Origin: Candidatus Thalassarchaeum sp.
GTDB lineage: Archaea; Thermoplasmatota; Poseidoniia; Poseidoniales; Thalassarchaeaceae
Direction: 5' to 3'
Assembly: GCA_030748335.1 (NCBI GenBank)
Contig: JASMMD010000003.1
Location: 1-56,690, forward strand
DNA: 56,690 nucleotides
Below are positions 1-12,341 of this stretch, piece after piece. The translations under genes were made by a program, and so were the position numbers. Numbering within the stretch: the stretch's first letter is position 1; every line of letters begins with the position of its first letter. The notes beneath the pieces were generated by a model, which was not told the DNA's origin, did not search any database, and worked only from the letters and a program-made list of their open reading frames with translations.

Positions 1-541
1 TCAGCTCCTCCGCAGCCTCTATGGCCAGCTCCGTCAGGTGCTGCCCAACCGCCGAATCGACCTTGCCCGAGATCGAGGTAGCTACGACCGAGCGTAGCTC
101 GGAATCATCCCCAGGAGTTCTGGAGATCCGCTCCATCTCGTCAAGAGATTCAGCCAGAGCGATTTGGTACCCATTCATGATGATCGACGGGTGTACGCCA
201 GAGCGAACCAGTTCGAGCGCGTTCTGCAACAATTCAGAGATGAGTATGACGGTCGTCGTTGTTCCATCGCGAGCAGCTCTGTCCTGGGCCGACGAGGTAG
301 AGATGAGCAGCCTCGCGGTGGGATGCTCTACCTTTGCGGCCTCGAGGACGGTGACACCGTCGTTGGTAACTGTAGCGGGACCACCATCTTCCACCAGCAT
401 CTTGTCGAGGCCGCGCGGACCGAGGGTGGAGCGGACCGCCCCGGCAAGCGCCGTTGCGGCCTTGACATTGTTCACCAGTGCCGAGCGCCCGTGCAGACGG
501 TCGGTGTCCTCTAGGGCGACCTCATGCTCCGTCTCGGCCAT
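1..541 (-). CDS. Group II chaperonin (thermosome) subunit, divergent; 3' part runs off the window
   Basis: Manual translation from ATG at 541 (not in the ORF track): MAETEHEV...AVRSTLGPRGLDKMLV...TVTNDGVTVL...EHPTARLL...QDRAARDGTTTTV...GVHPSIIMNGY, which are hallmark TCP-1/thermosome motifs. Confidence 0.93.
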   Translation of the reverse strand, partial: MAETEHEVALEDTDRLHGRSALVNNVKAATALAGAVRSTLGPRGLDKMLVEDGGPATVTNDGVTVLEAAKVEHPTARLLISTSSAQDRAARDGTTTTVILISELLQNALELVRSGVHPSIIMNGYQIALAESLDEMERISRTPGDDSELRSVVATSISGKVDSAVGQHLTELAIEAAEEL

Positions 542-679
542 CTGGGCCGCCGTAAGGCAGCCTTGCTTTGAACCCGTCCGTGGGCGCGGCATGCGCGCCT
601 AGCGCGCGGGTGCGACCGTGCGGTTCATATACGGCAGCACTATCGCACTATACAACCTCAGGTTGAGTAGTGGTATCTG

Positions 680-1279
680 ATGGACGATAACGAGCGTGAT
701 GAGTGGGCGGACGACATGTTCGCCGAGATGGCTAGGATGTTCGAGCAGATGGGCATGCCCATTGACGTGAAAGCACTCGAGGAGATGATGAAGAGGGTCA
801 CCGAGCAGTTCGAGCAGATGGGCATCGATCCCACTAAGATATCCAATTCCCAGTTCAAGGTCGAATCCAACGTCGACCCGGAGGAGTTGCGCCGCATGAT
901 GGATTCGATGATGAACACCCCGGGGGGCTTCTCGGACCTATTCAAGAAGATGGGTGTCAACATAGAGGTCGAGGGTCAGACCGAGAAGGCACAGGCCGAG
1001 GTCGATGAGCCTGAGGAGTCCGAGGTCGCCGATCTTCCCAGAGAGGACGTCTACGTGCTCGACGGCAGGATGTCGGCCACCATAGATATCTCGAGGTTCC
1101 TTGACATCAGGCACGATGACATCGAACTCGTGCTCAGCAGCGGCGGTGAGGTACTGCAGCTGATGAGGAAGACGCAGTCGCGTCCGCTCAAGCGATTCAT
1201 ACTACCCGAGGCAGCGGAACAGATTAGCGAGTGGAACCTCAACAACGGTATCCTAGACATCACATTCGATTTGGCGTAA
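680..1279 (+). CDS. Small heat-shock protein (Hsp20/alpha-crystallin-like)
   Basis: Met/Phe/acidic-rich N-terminus, C-terminal 'LPE...NNGILDITF' alpha-crystallin signature, directly upstream of dnaK. Confidence 0.7.
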   Translation: MDDNERDEWADDMFAEMARMFEQMGMPIDVKALEEMMKRVTEQFEQMGIDPTKISNSQFKVESNVDPEELRRMMDSMMNTPGGFSDLFKKMGVNIEVEGQTEKAQAEVDEPEESEVADLPREDVYVLDGRMSATIDISRFLDIRHDDIELVLSSGGEVLQLMRKTQSRPLKRFILPEAAEQISEWNLNNGILDITFDLA

Positions 1280-1307
1280 GGCCGAACTGAACCATTGGAG
1301 GAATAGA

Positions 1308-3185
<1,878 letters not shown>

Positions 3186-4715
3186 TCAGCCATCGTTGAT
3201 GAGTCGGTGCAGGGTCCTCACGTGGACTCCCGAGACGCCGAACTCGAACAGCGGGTTGGCGCCCTCGGAGCGAGCCTTCGAACCGGGTCCCCAAGCGGTC
3301 CCGGCGATGTCTAGGTGCACCCAGGGAATCTTGTCGGCATCCTCATCGTAGCCGCGGTGCGGCACGAAGTATTCGAGGAACGAGGCAGCGGTGTTAGAGG
3401 AACCCGCCTTGCCGCCTATCGAACCGTTACGGATGTCCGCGAATGCGGAATCGGTCATGTACTTCCTGAACTGGGCATTCAGCGGCATCCTCCAGACCGG
3501 CTCGCCCGACCTGTTGGCCGCCTTCCTGACTCGCTTGCCGATTCCATCGTCGTTGGCCCACATGCCAGTGATCTGGTTGCCTAGGGCGACCACGATGGCA
3601 CCGGTCAGGGTAGCGAGGTCGACGATGTACTCAGGGTCGAACTCGCCGGCCTTCCACAGCCCGTCCGCGAGTACATTGCGCCCCTCTGCATCGGTGCTGA
3701 ACACCTCCACGGTCTTGCCCGAGTAGGTCTCGAACACGTCACCCGGACGGTATGCTCCCGACCCTGGCATGTTCTCTGCCAAGCAGGCGACTCCGTTGAC
3801 CCGGCGTTCGTAACCGGTCGCGTGCAGGGCCTCCATCAGCCCGAACACGGTGGCCGCCCCGCACATGTCGTACTTCATGTCCCACATGCCCCCCGAGGGC
3901 TTGATTGAGATCCCTCCGGTGTCAAACGTGATTCCCTTGCCGACTATGCATGGCCTCTGGACACCCTTGTCTGCTTTGGGGTTGAGTGTGAACAGCACCA
4001 TACACGGCTTCCTGTCACTACCCTTGCCGACGTTAATCAGGCCACCCATTCCGAGTTCCTGCAGCTTGTCCCAGTCGTAGACCTCGACGGAGACATTCTC
4101 CTTCCCGTCGGCCCATTCGACCGCCCTGCGGGCGTACTCCATAGGGTACAGCACGTTGGCAGGCTCGTTTCCGAGGTCCCGAGCTAGGTGGACCCCCCCT
4201 ACGACCGAGTGGATTCTCGATAGTCCCTCTGTGAGTGCTTCCTGATGGCGCGGACTGGCCTGAAAGGCCACGGACCATGGCTCTGCTATGTGCTCGTCGT
4301 CGACCGCTTGGTGCTCAAGAAACTCATAGTCCCGTAGCATCATACCCTCAGCGAAGTCGAGCATGCGCTCGCTCGACCAGCCCGAGGTGAATCTGACAGT
4401 CAGCGCCGTACCGTTCTTCTTCGAAAGGGCGGACATCACCCGTGCACCGATGTTCCGGGCCTTCCTGTGCCCGAACTCACCCTTGTCGCCCATGCCCAGC
4501 AGAATCACCCTGCACCCGGGAGTCCAGACCACCATCCTCTGACCCTTTTTGCCCTCAAAGTCATCCGAGGATATCGCCTCCCGGACAAGGCTCCGCTGGC
4601 TCCGGCTCAATCCCGAGAGAGCGTTGTTTGGGGCCTTCCCGGTCCCCTCGAACAGGGGCAGCAGCACTTGGCTTCCAGCTTCTCCGAATTCGTCATTGCT
4701 CCATTCCATAATCAC
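3186..4715 (-). CDS. pepA: Leucyl aminopeptidase (M17)
   Basis: VGKGITFDTGG, MKYDMCGAA, TDAEGR, DLATLTGA and WVHLDIAG motifs. Confidence 0.95.
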   Translation of the reverse strand: MIMEWSNDEFGEAGSQVLLPLFEGTGKAPNNALSGLSRSQRSLVREAISSDDFEGKKGQRMVVWTPGCRVILLGMGDKGEFGHRKARNIGARVMSALSKKNGTALTVRFTSGWSSERMLDFAEGMMLRDYEFLEHQAVDDEHIAEPWSVAFQASPRHQEALTEGLSRIHSVVGGVHLARDLGNEPANVLYPMEYARRAVEWADGKENVSVEVYDWDKLQELGMGGLINVGKGSDRKPCMVLFTLNPKADKGVQRPCIVGKGITFDTGGISIKPSGGMWDMKYDMCGAATVFGLMEALHATGYERRVNGVACLAENMPGSGAYRPGDVFETYSGKTVEVFSTDAEGRNVLADGLWKAGEFDPEYIVDLATLTGAIVVALGNQITGMWANDDGIGKRVRKAANRSGEPVWRMPLNAQFRKYMTDSAFADIRNGSIGGKAGSSNTAASFLEYFVPHRGYDEDADKIPWVHLDIAGTAWGPGSKARSEGANPLFEFGVSGVHVRTLHRLINDG

Positions 4716-4806
4716 GCCGAACCCTCCGATTCGGTAGTGATATACAAAGAATTGCCCTCAAAAAACCAAGTTTAGAGGCCATTTTATATTCAAATATTCT
4801 GAATTA

Positions 4807-6240
4807 TCACTCAAACTTGCGATTTCGGCTGTTTATCGCCGCTAGAGCGAAGGCGACGAAAACAAGTAGTATCGAAGGGGCCGGAAGCAGACCCGAGCCG
4901 TCAGCCTTCATCTCTACGACGCTCTCATTGACAGATTCGTTGACCCACATCGAGGAATCTATCACACGCTTCTGGTACACTAGGTAGAACTGTCCTTCGC
5001 TGGAAATCGGAGCGCCTCCAAAATCGAGGGTTGTGACGGTGCTATTAGTGGCATTGACTCCAAAACCACATCCTAGAATGGAGAAGTTGAATCCTATCTC
5101 ATCACCACAGGAGTAAACCTCCCTCATCTCTCCTACATGATCAAGAAATATCCCCCCAATTCCACCAGGGGCCCACCACTCACCATCTTCATCCAAGTAT
5201 AACAGTGTGGCATTTGACGTGCTCGCGTGTCCCAAGTTCGAAACGCTCAGATGCACTTTTCCATCTTCAACCTCTAGGGAATCGACAACAAGACGGGCCC
5301 TCCAGTACCATACATTCTGAATCAGATAGCGCATCACATCGAGTTCCTCCCCCAATCTGTCCGAGAGAGCCTCTACTGTTCCCAGAAGGAATTGTTCATC
5401 ATCGGTTTCGAAGGTGAATGTGGGGTACCCCATCACCCCGTAGCCATAATCGCGGCTGGTTCCACAGTTTGGGTAGAGGCCTTGGTTTGCATTCCTAATC
5501 GGAATGTCGGAAATGTTGGCATGGACATCATCACGGATGAAATGAAACAATTCCCAGTCTGACGGTTGTTCGGGCCATTTGCCCCAAGGATAGAGCATAA
5601 TCCAAACACCTGTGTGCATAGTGATATACAAGTCAGCATGAGGCACTACCTCGTTCATGTAAATCGAATTTGAATGAGTTTCTGATTCACTGAATGCAGC
5701 ACTCCCAGGCTGGGTCGTCGGGCAGGTGTTCCAGTAGTGATCGTAGTTTCTATTCAGATCCACTTGGTTAACATTCCATCTTGTGTCGAAGTCATTGCCA
5801 TCCGCATTCAGCATGATGAGGATGTGCAATTCAGTGGTCGCCAATACATCGAGTACCTCCTGTTCGCCATCAGCCCAACCCTCGATGTAATACTCTGCAA
5901 CTAGGAAAGCAAGCTCCGTGCCCAGATGTTCATTCCCATGGTGTCCACCATCGATGTATACCACTTCCTTGGAGGTCCCATCGGGTTTGGTTTCCAGACT
6001 CCAATCAGAGATCTGCAGCATCCAGAGATTTCTCCCCATCTCAGTTTGGCCGACAACGAGTAGGTTTACGATTTCGGGATAATCATCCGCCCATGCATTG
6101 ACGTCCAAGGTCAGTGTTGCATAGGAATGGTACCAGTGCTCCTGAACGATGTCCGGCTGACCAACCTGTGCTGTTGCAGCCGGCGCTGCCGATACTGAGA
6201 GCATCACGGATGCGAGGATGATTGCTGCCCAGCGGCGCAT
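4807..6240 (-). CDS. Secreted, membrane-anchored M14 zinc carboxypeptidase
   Basis: Signal peptide from ATG 6240 (MRRWAAII); HGNE zinc motif, R..N..VDLNRN, ITMH and FTFE; C-terminal LPAPS + TM helix + basic tail. Confidence 0.9.
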   Translation of the reverse strand: MRRWAAIILASVMLSVSAAPAATAQVGQPDIVQEHWYHSYATLTLDVNAWADDYPEIVNLLVVGQTEMGRNLWMLQISDWSLETKPDGTSKEVVYIDGGHHGNEHLGTELAFLVAEYYIEGWADGEQEVLDVLATTELHILIMLNADGNDFDTRWNVNQVDLNRNYDHYWNTCPTTQPGSAAFSESETHSNSIYMNEVVPHADLYITMHTGVWIMLYPWGKWPEQPSDWELFHFIRDDVHANISDIPIRNANQGLYPNCGTSRDYGYGVMGYPTFTFETDDEQFLLGTVEALSDRLGEELDVMRYLIQNVWYWRARLVVDSLEVEDGKVHLSVSNLGHASTSNATLLYLDEDGEWWAPGGIGGIFLDHVGEMREVYSCGDEIGFNFSILGCGFGVNATNSTVTTLDFGGAPISSEGQFYLVYQKRVIDSSMWVNESVNESVVEMKADGSGLLPAPSILLVFVAFALAAINSRNRKFE

Positions 6241-6300
6241 AGCGCCGCTGAGAGGGTGATCACCTACAATCGTTGTCACTTTCTGTGAGCCTATTGTCTA

Positions 6301-7218
6301 CTAACCACGGCTAGCGATGTGAGCGGCCATAATCTTGGTGGCGATGAGTGCGGCGTTGAACTGAGTCAACCGGTCCTCTCCGGGCACAATTTCGTTCACG
6401 TCCGCTCCTATGACCTCCGCACCACTCGCGAAGAGGCGCTCTAGGATCTCAACCGCACCCCAGTGACTCAGACCTCCTGGAACCGGGGTGCCGGTGTCCG
6501 GGACAAGCGACCCGTCTAGACCATCGACATCAAAGGTCAGCCAGACAGGACCCTCTATGCTGTCAATTCTATCCACAAGGGCAGCCCATCCGGCCTGCCC
6601 GTCGCACACTCCCATGAAGTCGCGAGCGAACCAAGTCTCCACCCGCCCGTCGTCCTCGGCGAAGGCGGCCTCCTCACGGGACAGAGCCCGCGTTCCAATC
6701 TGCATCACCCTGCCGACGCCGGCATCGAGAGCCCGGCGCACGGCGGTACCGTGCGAGAAACGCTCTCCACCGAGCTCGTCTCTCAGATCGGCGTGGGCGT
6801 CGACCTGCACCAGCGTCAGGCGGCCTAGGTCGCCACCAATCTCGGGGTGCCCCGACGCCGCCTGCATCAGTGGCGGCAGAATGCCGTGCTCGCCGCCGAG
6901 GACGACCGGGAACTGAGCCCCGTTGAACCACTTTGCGGCGTAGTCGCGAATCGAGTCTAGCTGTTCTAGCAGGGTGCCCGCCTCGGAGCCCCATGCCTCG
7001 GCGGTGTGTATGCTCAGGCCGCACGGTAGGTCGTCTGGCAGCATTGGGTCGTAGAGTTCGACCTGCGAACTCGCTTCGATGCAGGCCGCCGGTCCCTTCT
7101 CGGTGCCCTCTCCCCAGCTGGTTGTCATCTCAAACGGTACTGGCAGAACGACAATGTCCCAAGGCCCAGAGTCAGACTCATTCAGCCCTAGGAATCTCGG
7201 TCTGGACGGTCCTTTCAC
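6301..7218 (-). CDS. speB: Agmatinase (arginase/ureohydrolase family)
   Basis: LGGEH, DAHADLR, SHG, TFDVDGLD..PDTGTPVPGG motifs. Confidence 0.9.
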   Translation of the reverse strand: MKGPSRPRFLGLNESDSGPWDIVVLPVPFEMTTSWGEGTEKGPAACIEASSQVELYDPMLPDDLPCGLSIHTAEAWGSEAGTLLEQLDSIRDYAAKWFNGAQFPVVLGGEHGILPPLMQAASGHPEIGGDLGRLTLVQVDAHADLRDELGGERFSHGTAVRRALDAGVGRVMQIGTRALSREEAAFAEDDGRVETWFARDFMGVCDGQAGWAALVDRIDSIEGPVWLTFDVDGLDGSLVPDTGTPVPGGLSHWGAVEILERLFASGAEVIGADVNEIVPGEDRLTQFNAALIATKIMAAHIASRG

Positions 7219-7339
7219 GACACCGCGAAAGTAGCGAGCAGATTAACCGCTTCGGAGGCAGAATGGCGAAAAACGAGGCCGGACGAAGGACTGTTGAAAT
7301 AGCGCGGCCTTCCATATTATGCCACCGGGGGCGGACGCG

Positions 7340-7753
7340 ATGGGTCTAACACTAGCACAACTAACCCAGGCAATTCGCCGCAAGGTCGATATCGACATGG
7401 AGACTATCGTGGCCGAGTCCATAGCCGAGCACGCATTGGGCTTTTTCGGCTTCTCCAACCGTATCATCGACAATGCGCTTGAGCCGACTGATCGCAACCT
7501 GTTCTACCAGCTGCAGGACTACGATCTGCTGACCACTGAATCCGAAGAGACCACTCTGTGGGACGGCAGGGAGTGGAGAATCCACTACTGGAAGTTCAAG
7601 GCCAACGCCGAGGAACTGGCTCGTCTGTCTGAGGAGGACGAGGACTCAGGCGAGGACGAGGACCCCTACGCCGGTATCTACGAGGACGTCCCCGTCTCCT
7701 TGTGGCGCGAGCGCTCCGGTGAGGATGACGACTACGAAGAGCCACTGTTCTGA
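7340..7753 (+). CDS. Conserved Thermoplasmatota hypothetical protein (DUF6015-like)
   Basis: FFGF..RIIDN.LEP.DR..FY.L....LLTT..EETTL.DGREWRIHYW pattern recalled from Thermoplasmata proteins; acidic tail. Confidence 0.65.
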   Translation: MGLTLAQLTQAIRRKVDIDMETIVAESIAEHALGFFGFSNRIIDNALEPTDRNLFYQLQDYDLLTTESEETTLWDGREWRIHYWKFKANAEELARLSEEDEDSGEDEDPYAGIYEDVPVSLWRERSGEDDDYEEPLF

Positions 7754-7768
7754 GCAGCAGGACAGGAA

Positions 7769-10700
7769 TTGGTTCATATCCTCGGGGACGAGGCACGTTC
7801 CGTGCCTCGCGTGAGAGCCTCCGTCGTCGTGCTGATGTTGCTGCTTCTCAGCGGACCTGCCTCGATGGCGCTTGGAGAGGGGGACGAGCCGACGAGCTGC
7901 ACGGTACTGGTCGACTGGGGCATTGAGGAGCACTGGGACGGCGGATGGAACCTCACATACGACGTCCTGCACCGTTACCTAGTCATCTTCGATCCTGAGT
8001 TCACCAACGGCAGTTCGCCGAGCGCCCTCAGCGTCGAGGTAGAGCATAACAGGGACGGCGAGCAGATAGCAGGCGCCACCAACACCTCCGTGCTGAGTGC
8101 CGGTGGAGAGGTCGACATCGTGCTCTCCACCGAACCTTTGTTCGGTGACTCGGTGTCAATCTCAGTGGTCACCGACGAAGCATCCTGCTCCAGAAGCCTC
8201 TCGATTACTAATTGGAACCAACCGGTTGCGGACCACGAGATAACTCGGGAGACCACTTGGTCCATGGAGGGTGCCGAGGAGGGTAACGGGATTGAGTTCG
8301 AAGGCCGGGGCTGGCAGCAGAGGACCGGGACCTTGCTCGAATCCAACGAGCTGGGCAACGGGACACTGTCGCTGGATTCGATGAACGGCAGCGAAGGAAT
8401 GCTCCTCGAGCTAAATCTCGATCGAATCTGGCTCAACGAGACCTACGACGGCATCGAGTTGCTCCGACAGGACTTCGAGATGAGCGGGAATGGATCACTC
8501 TCCCTAAATTCCACCGAGCAGGGGGACGGCGGCGAGAGCGACGGCTTCTCGGTGGACGTCCAAGTCAACGACGTCTACGTCCTCCGCTCCTGGGACGAGG
8601 GCGAGTTGACTGAGCGTTTCCTCATCGATGGTACGGGATGGCTCTCCTTCAACGGAGGGGACAACAACAGTAGCGGAGGAGGCTTCGGACAACTCTCGTC
8701 GTTCTATTACGAGACCTGGGACGAGGACGACCGTCGGCGCCTACAGCACCTGCAGATCGAGGCCAACGCCACCTTGCGGATCTACGGAGCTGGTGACGAG
8801 TACTTCTCTTTCGACCTTGACGAATTCAGGGTATTGGAGCGCTGGGAGGATGGCACGAGGGAGCAGCAGCACTTCCTGATTCTAGGAGGGGGAGAATTCG
8901 GCTTCGTCATAGAGGATGAGTTCTTCGAGGTCGAGGTCAACGGCACCATTCCGGTGATTCACATCGAGACCCAAGGCGGCGAGACCGTAGCAGAAACCAT
9001 ACGGGTCGATGGCACCTACGATGGCGATGCCGAGGGTAGCTTCGGCTTCATCAGGAGGATTGTCGACTCGGGCTCGCAGACCAATGCCACCGGGTCGATG
9101 TTCGAGGTCGACAAGATTGAGAACGAGCTCTGGTTCAATGTCTCAGCCACGCCTATAGGCCCAATCACCGAGGAATGGGAGGCCGAGCACAACCTGACCT
9201 ACGAGTTCACCGTTCCTCAGACGGACTGGGACAACCGCACCATCCGATACCAGTACATCGAGGACAACGGCACAGTCAACAACGAGTACCCCGAGAACTC
9301 GCCCATCATCATGCAGGCCGAGGCCCCCGAGGCCGAGGTCATGTTCGAGAATCACATCTCGAGGGAGACCGGCGCCGCCCCGGAGATTGTCGTCACCGGC
9401 GACCGCTTCTCGTTAGTGGGCAATGACGCGATGATACTGAGCATCGAGGTGATGGCCATAGTCGAAGGCGAGATGGACGGCCACACTGTCGAGGTCGCCG
9501 AATGGCTCGGCGACTACGGCGAGAGCAGTCACGCCTCGGGCAGCATCGTCAACGAGGGCCCCCTAGCCGGACTACTCAACGAGATTCACCGCTGGGTGGA
9601 GTTCGACATGGGCGACAACGGCTCAGTCGAAGGCTTCGCCTTCGTCGAGCACCAGTTGGTTGACAGAGTATTGTCGCCCTCGGTGATATCAGAGGAGGAG
9701 AACACGCCTCCCTCACTGATCTCTGTCGGCTTCCGCGAAGGTAGACTGCTCACCGAGGGCGACTCGGCCCACTTGGAGGTACTCGTGTACGACTTCGACA
9801 CAGACGTGACCAGAGTCACCGCCGACCTGTCCGACCTAGGGCTCGGAGTGGTCGAGCTCTCCGACTCAGGCCTGTTCGGCGATCACACTATCCACGACGA
9901 TATCTGGACCGCTCAGGTCACTTACGACGGTCTCGAGCATGGGATTTTCGACGTATCTCTGAGCATCGAGGACTTCTGGCTCACCGTCGAGGAGCACGCG
10001 CCGATCGAGATCACCAACGCTGCGCCCAGAATGCTCTCGTTGGACTTCTCTCCCGACACCGCCAGACGTGGCCAGATCGTCGACGTGATCGTGGCCGCAG
10101 TGGACGGTCATGGCGTCACCTCGGTCGATATTGACCTCTTGAGCGCGGGTGGCGAGCTAAGCCCCCTCTCTGAGTCAAATGGTATTTGGGTGGGCCAGTT
10201 CGTCGTGCCTGATGGGATCTCACCAGGCGAGCGCCCCATCCCGGTCAGAATCACCGACGGCGACGGCGAGACCGTGATGGCGATCCACATCCACCCCAAC
10301 GGCTACCCCGTCGATGCCCCCATGCTGACCATAGAGAACGAGGCTCCATCAATCACTTCAGTCAGCGTTCTCAGGTCCGGAGAGGTGGTTGAGGCAATTC
10401 AGATCCCAAGCAGCGGCGATGCCCTGACTCATACCCTCGAAGCGACCATCGAAGACCCGGACGGAATCTCGTCCGCGCAGGCCAAGATAGGCAGACTCGC
10501 TCCGATAGGGAGCTCGGATGCGTGGCTACTCATGGTCGATGACGGGACGGGCGGGGACCGAATCGCATACGACGGCGTCTACACAATGCAGTTCGACGCC
10601 CGGGCTAGTCTTCCCGAGGGCAACATAACCATACAAGTTCGGGCTACGGACACCTATCTGTCAACCACGCCGAGCATCGAGCAGAGTCATACGCTAGCAC

Positions 10701-10846
10701 TTGAGAAGCTGGGCTCCGGTGGTGGTGGGGGGAGCTGGTTCAGCGAGAACTCGACCACACTGGTCTTCGTTGCCTTGGGCCTCCTACTCGTAGTCGGGGT
10801 GACAGCCGTCACCATCTCGCTGAGGAAGTCGGACACCGATTGGTGA
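7769..10846 (+). CDS. Large acidic cell-surface protein (signal peptide, Ig-like repeats, choice-of-anchor-X-like motifs, C-terminal TM anchor)
   Basis: Hydrophobic N-terminal signal, many NxS/T sequons, LMVDDGTGGDRIAYDGVYT and LSDSGLFGDHTIHDDIWT motifs, Gly linker + TM + RK tail. The start may be GTG 7802. Confidence 0.75.
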   Translation: MVHILGDEARSVPRVRASVVVLMLLLLSGPASMALGEGDEPTSCTVLVDWGIEEHWDGGWNLTYDVLHRYLVIFDPEFTNGSSPSALSVEVEHNRDGEQIAGATNTSVLSAGGEVDIVLSTEPLFGDSVSISVVTDEASCSRSLSITNWNQPVADHEITRETTWSMEGAEEGNGIEFEGRGWQQRTGTLLESNELGNGTLSLDSMNGSEGMLLELNLDRIWLNETYDGIELLRQDFEMSGNGSLSLNSTEQGDGGESDGFSVDVQVNDVYVLRSWDEGELTERFLIDGTGWLSFNGGDNNSSGGGFGQLSSFYYETWDEDDRRRLQHLQIEANATLRIYGAGDEYFSFDLDEFRVLERWEDGTREQQHFLILGGGEFGFVIEDEFFEVEVNGTIPVIHIETQGGETVAETIRVDGTYDGDAEGSFGFIRRIVDSGSQTNATGSMFEVDKIENELWFNVSATPIGPITEEWEAEHNLTYEFTVPQTDWDNRTIRYQYIEDNGTVNNEYPENSPIIMQAEAPEAEVMFENHISRETGAAPEIVVTGDRFSLVGNDAMILSIEVMAIVEGEMDGHTVEVAEWLGDYGESSHASGSIVNEGPLAGLLNEIHRWVEFDMGDNGSVEGFAFVEHQLVDRVLSPSVISEEENTPPSLISVGFREGRLLTEGDSAHLEVLVYDFDTDVTRVTADLSDLGLGVVELSDSGLFGDHTIHDDIWTAQVTYDGLEHGIFDVSLSIEDFWLTVEEHAPIEITNAAPRMLSLDFSPDTARRGQIVDVIVAAVDGHGVTSVDIDLLSAGGELSPLSESNGIWVGQFVVPDGISPGERPIPVRITDGDGETVMAIHIHPNGYPVDAPMLTIENEAPSITSVSVLRSGEVVEAIQIPSSGDALTHTLEATIEDPDGISSAQAKIGRLAPIGSSDAWLLMVDDGTGGDRIAYDGVYTMQFDARASLPEGNITIQVRATDTYLSTTPSIEQSHTLALEKLGSGGGGGSWFSENSTTLVFVALGLLLVVGVTAVTISLRKSDTDW

Positions 10847-10914
10847 GAAACAGCACAGGCACCTCGTATGTCGAGTTGCATGAATCTCATAAGACGCTGC
10901 GCAGTCGAGTGGGC

Positions 10915-12333
10915 GTGCACACGCGCGAGGAGTTGTATATCGCAGGCAACTGGGTCGAGCCTCACGGCGAGGGCACCATCGAAGTAACCAATCCCTCGAA
11001 CGAGCAGTTGATCGGTTCTGTCCCGGTTGGCTCAGCAGCCGACGTGGACGCTGCGGTGGCCGCAGCTAGCGCGGCTTTCCTGTCATGGTCGCAGACTACC
11101 ACCGAAGAACGCGCTGAGTATCTGAACAGGCTGTCCTCGGCCATCAAGGAGCGGGCTGAGGACCTGTCACAGCTCATAACGGCCGAGGTCGGCACGCCAA
11201 TCAACTACTCTAGGATGGCAATGGTCGGCACCCCCAAGGTAGTCTCCCGCTCCTACGCGAAGATCCTTGAGGGCTTTGAGTGGGAGCACGAAGTCCGCAA
11301 CTCACTGGTTGTCAAGGAGCCGATTGGCGTGGTGGCAATGATTACTCCCTGGAACTTCCCCCTCCACCAGATCATCGGCAAGATCGCACCCGCGATAGCA
11401 GCTGGGTGCACGATGGTTGTCAAGCCTTCTAAGGAGGCACCGCTGAACGCCTTCGCGCTGGCGGATATCATCGACGAGATTGGGCTGCCAGCAGGGGTCT
11501 TCAACCTCGTATCGGGCCATGGCAGGGAGATCGGCGAGGTCCTGAGCAGCCACCCGGATGTCGACATGGTCAGCTTCACCGGTTCGACCAACGCCGGGGT
11601 CAGGGTGAGCGAACTCGCCTCCCCCGGGGTCAAGAGAGTCACCTTAGAGCTCGGCGGCAAGAGCGCCAACATAATTCTCGACGATGCCAATATCGCCAAG
11701 GCCTCGGGCTCCGCCATCTACGACTGCTTCAACAACTCCGGCCAGGAGTGCTCTGCTCTGAGCAGGCTACTCGTTCCCGAGTCGAAGCGGGACGAAGTCA
11801 TCGAGGTGATATCAGCGAAGATGGTCAAGTACTCGGTCGGCGACCCACTCGACGAGTCGATTCGCTGCGGGCCAATGGTTTCGAAGAGGCAGCAGGAGAG
11901 CGTGGCCTCGTACATCGCGAGCGGGATTGAGGAGGGTGCCACTCTAGTCGCAGGGGGTGCCGGGATGCCAGAGGGCCTAGACGAAGGGTACTTCGTCAGG
12001 CCAACCGTGTTCGCTGACGTGACCACTGAGATGACGATATTCAGGGAGGAGATTTTCGGCCCTGTCCTGTCCATCTCCACCTACTCTACCGAGGAAGAGG
12101 CCATCGCCATGGCCAACGACTCCGAGTACGGACTCTCGGGGGGCGTCTGGTCGGGCGACGAGGAGAGGGCCATGCGGGTGGCTCGTCAGATGCGCACGGG
12201 GCAGGTCAGCATTAACGGGGGCGCATTCAACGTCTCAGCCCCATTCGGTGGGTACAAACTCTCGGGCAACGGGCGCGAGCTCGGGGTCCACGGCCTTGAG
12301 GAATACCTCGAGATCAAGTCGATTCAACGTTGA
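10915..12333 (+). CDS. NAD(P)-dependent aldehyde dehydrogenase
   Basis: ITPWNFP, SFTGS, LELGGKS, catalytic GQEC, EEIFGPV and PFGGYK motifs. Start GTG 10915 inferred; the ORF is open from 10840. Confidence 0.95.
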   Translation: MHTREELYIAGNWVEPHGEGTIEVTNPSNEQLIGSVPVGSAADVDAAVAAASAAFLSWSQTTTEERAEYLNRLSSAIKERAEDLSQLITAEVGTPINYSRMAMVGTPKVVSRSYAKILEGFEWEHEVRNSLVVKEPIGVVAMITPWNFPLHQIIGKIAPAIAAGCTMVVKPSKEAPLNAFALADIIDEIGLPAGVFNLVSGHGREIGEVLSSHPDVDMVSFTGSTNAGVRVSELASPGVKRVTLELGGKSANIILDDANIAKASGSAIYDCFNNSGQECSALSRLLVPESKRDEVIEVISAKMVKYSVGDPLDESIRCGPMVSKRQQESVASYIASGIEEGATLVAGGAGMPEGLDEGYFVRPTVFADVTTEMTIFREEIFGPVLSISTYSTEEEAIAMANDSEYGLSGGVWSGDEERAMRVARQMRTGQVSINGGAFNVSAPFGGYKLSGNGRELGVHGLEEYLEIKSIQR

Positions 12334-12341
12334 GGGCCGCT

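Noticed and set aside
21..602. Plus-strand ORFs 21-602 and 164-514, and the many other antisense or shadow ORFs in the track
   Set aside because: They are antisense or frame shadows of well-supported genes, as expected in GC-rich DNA.
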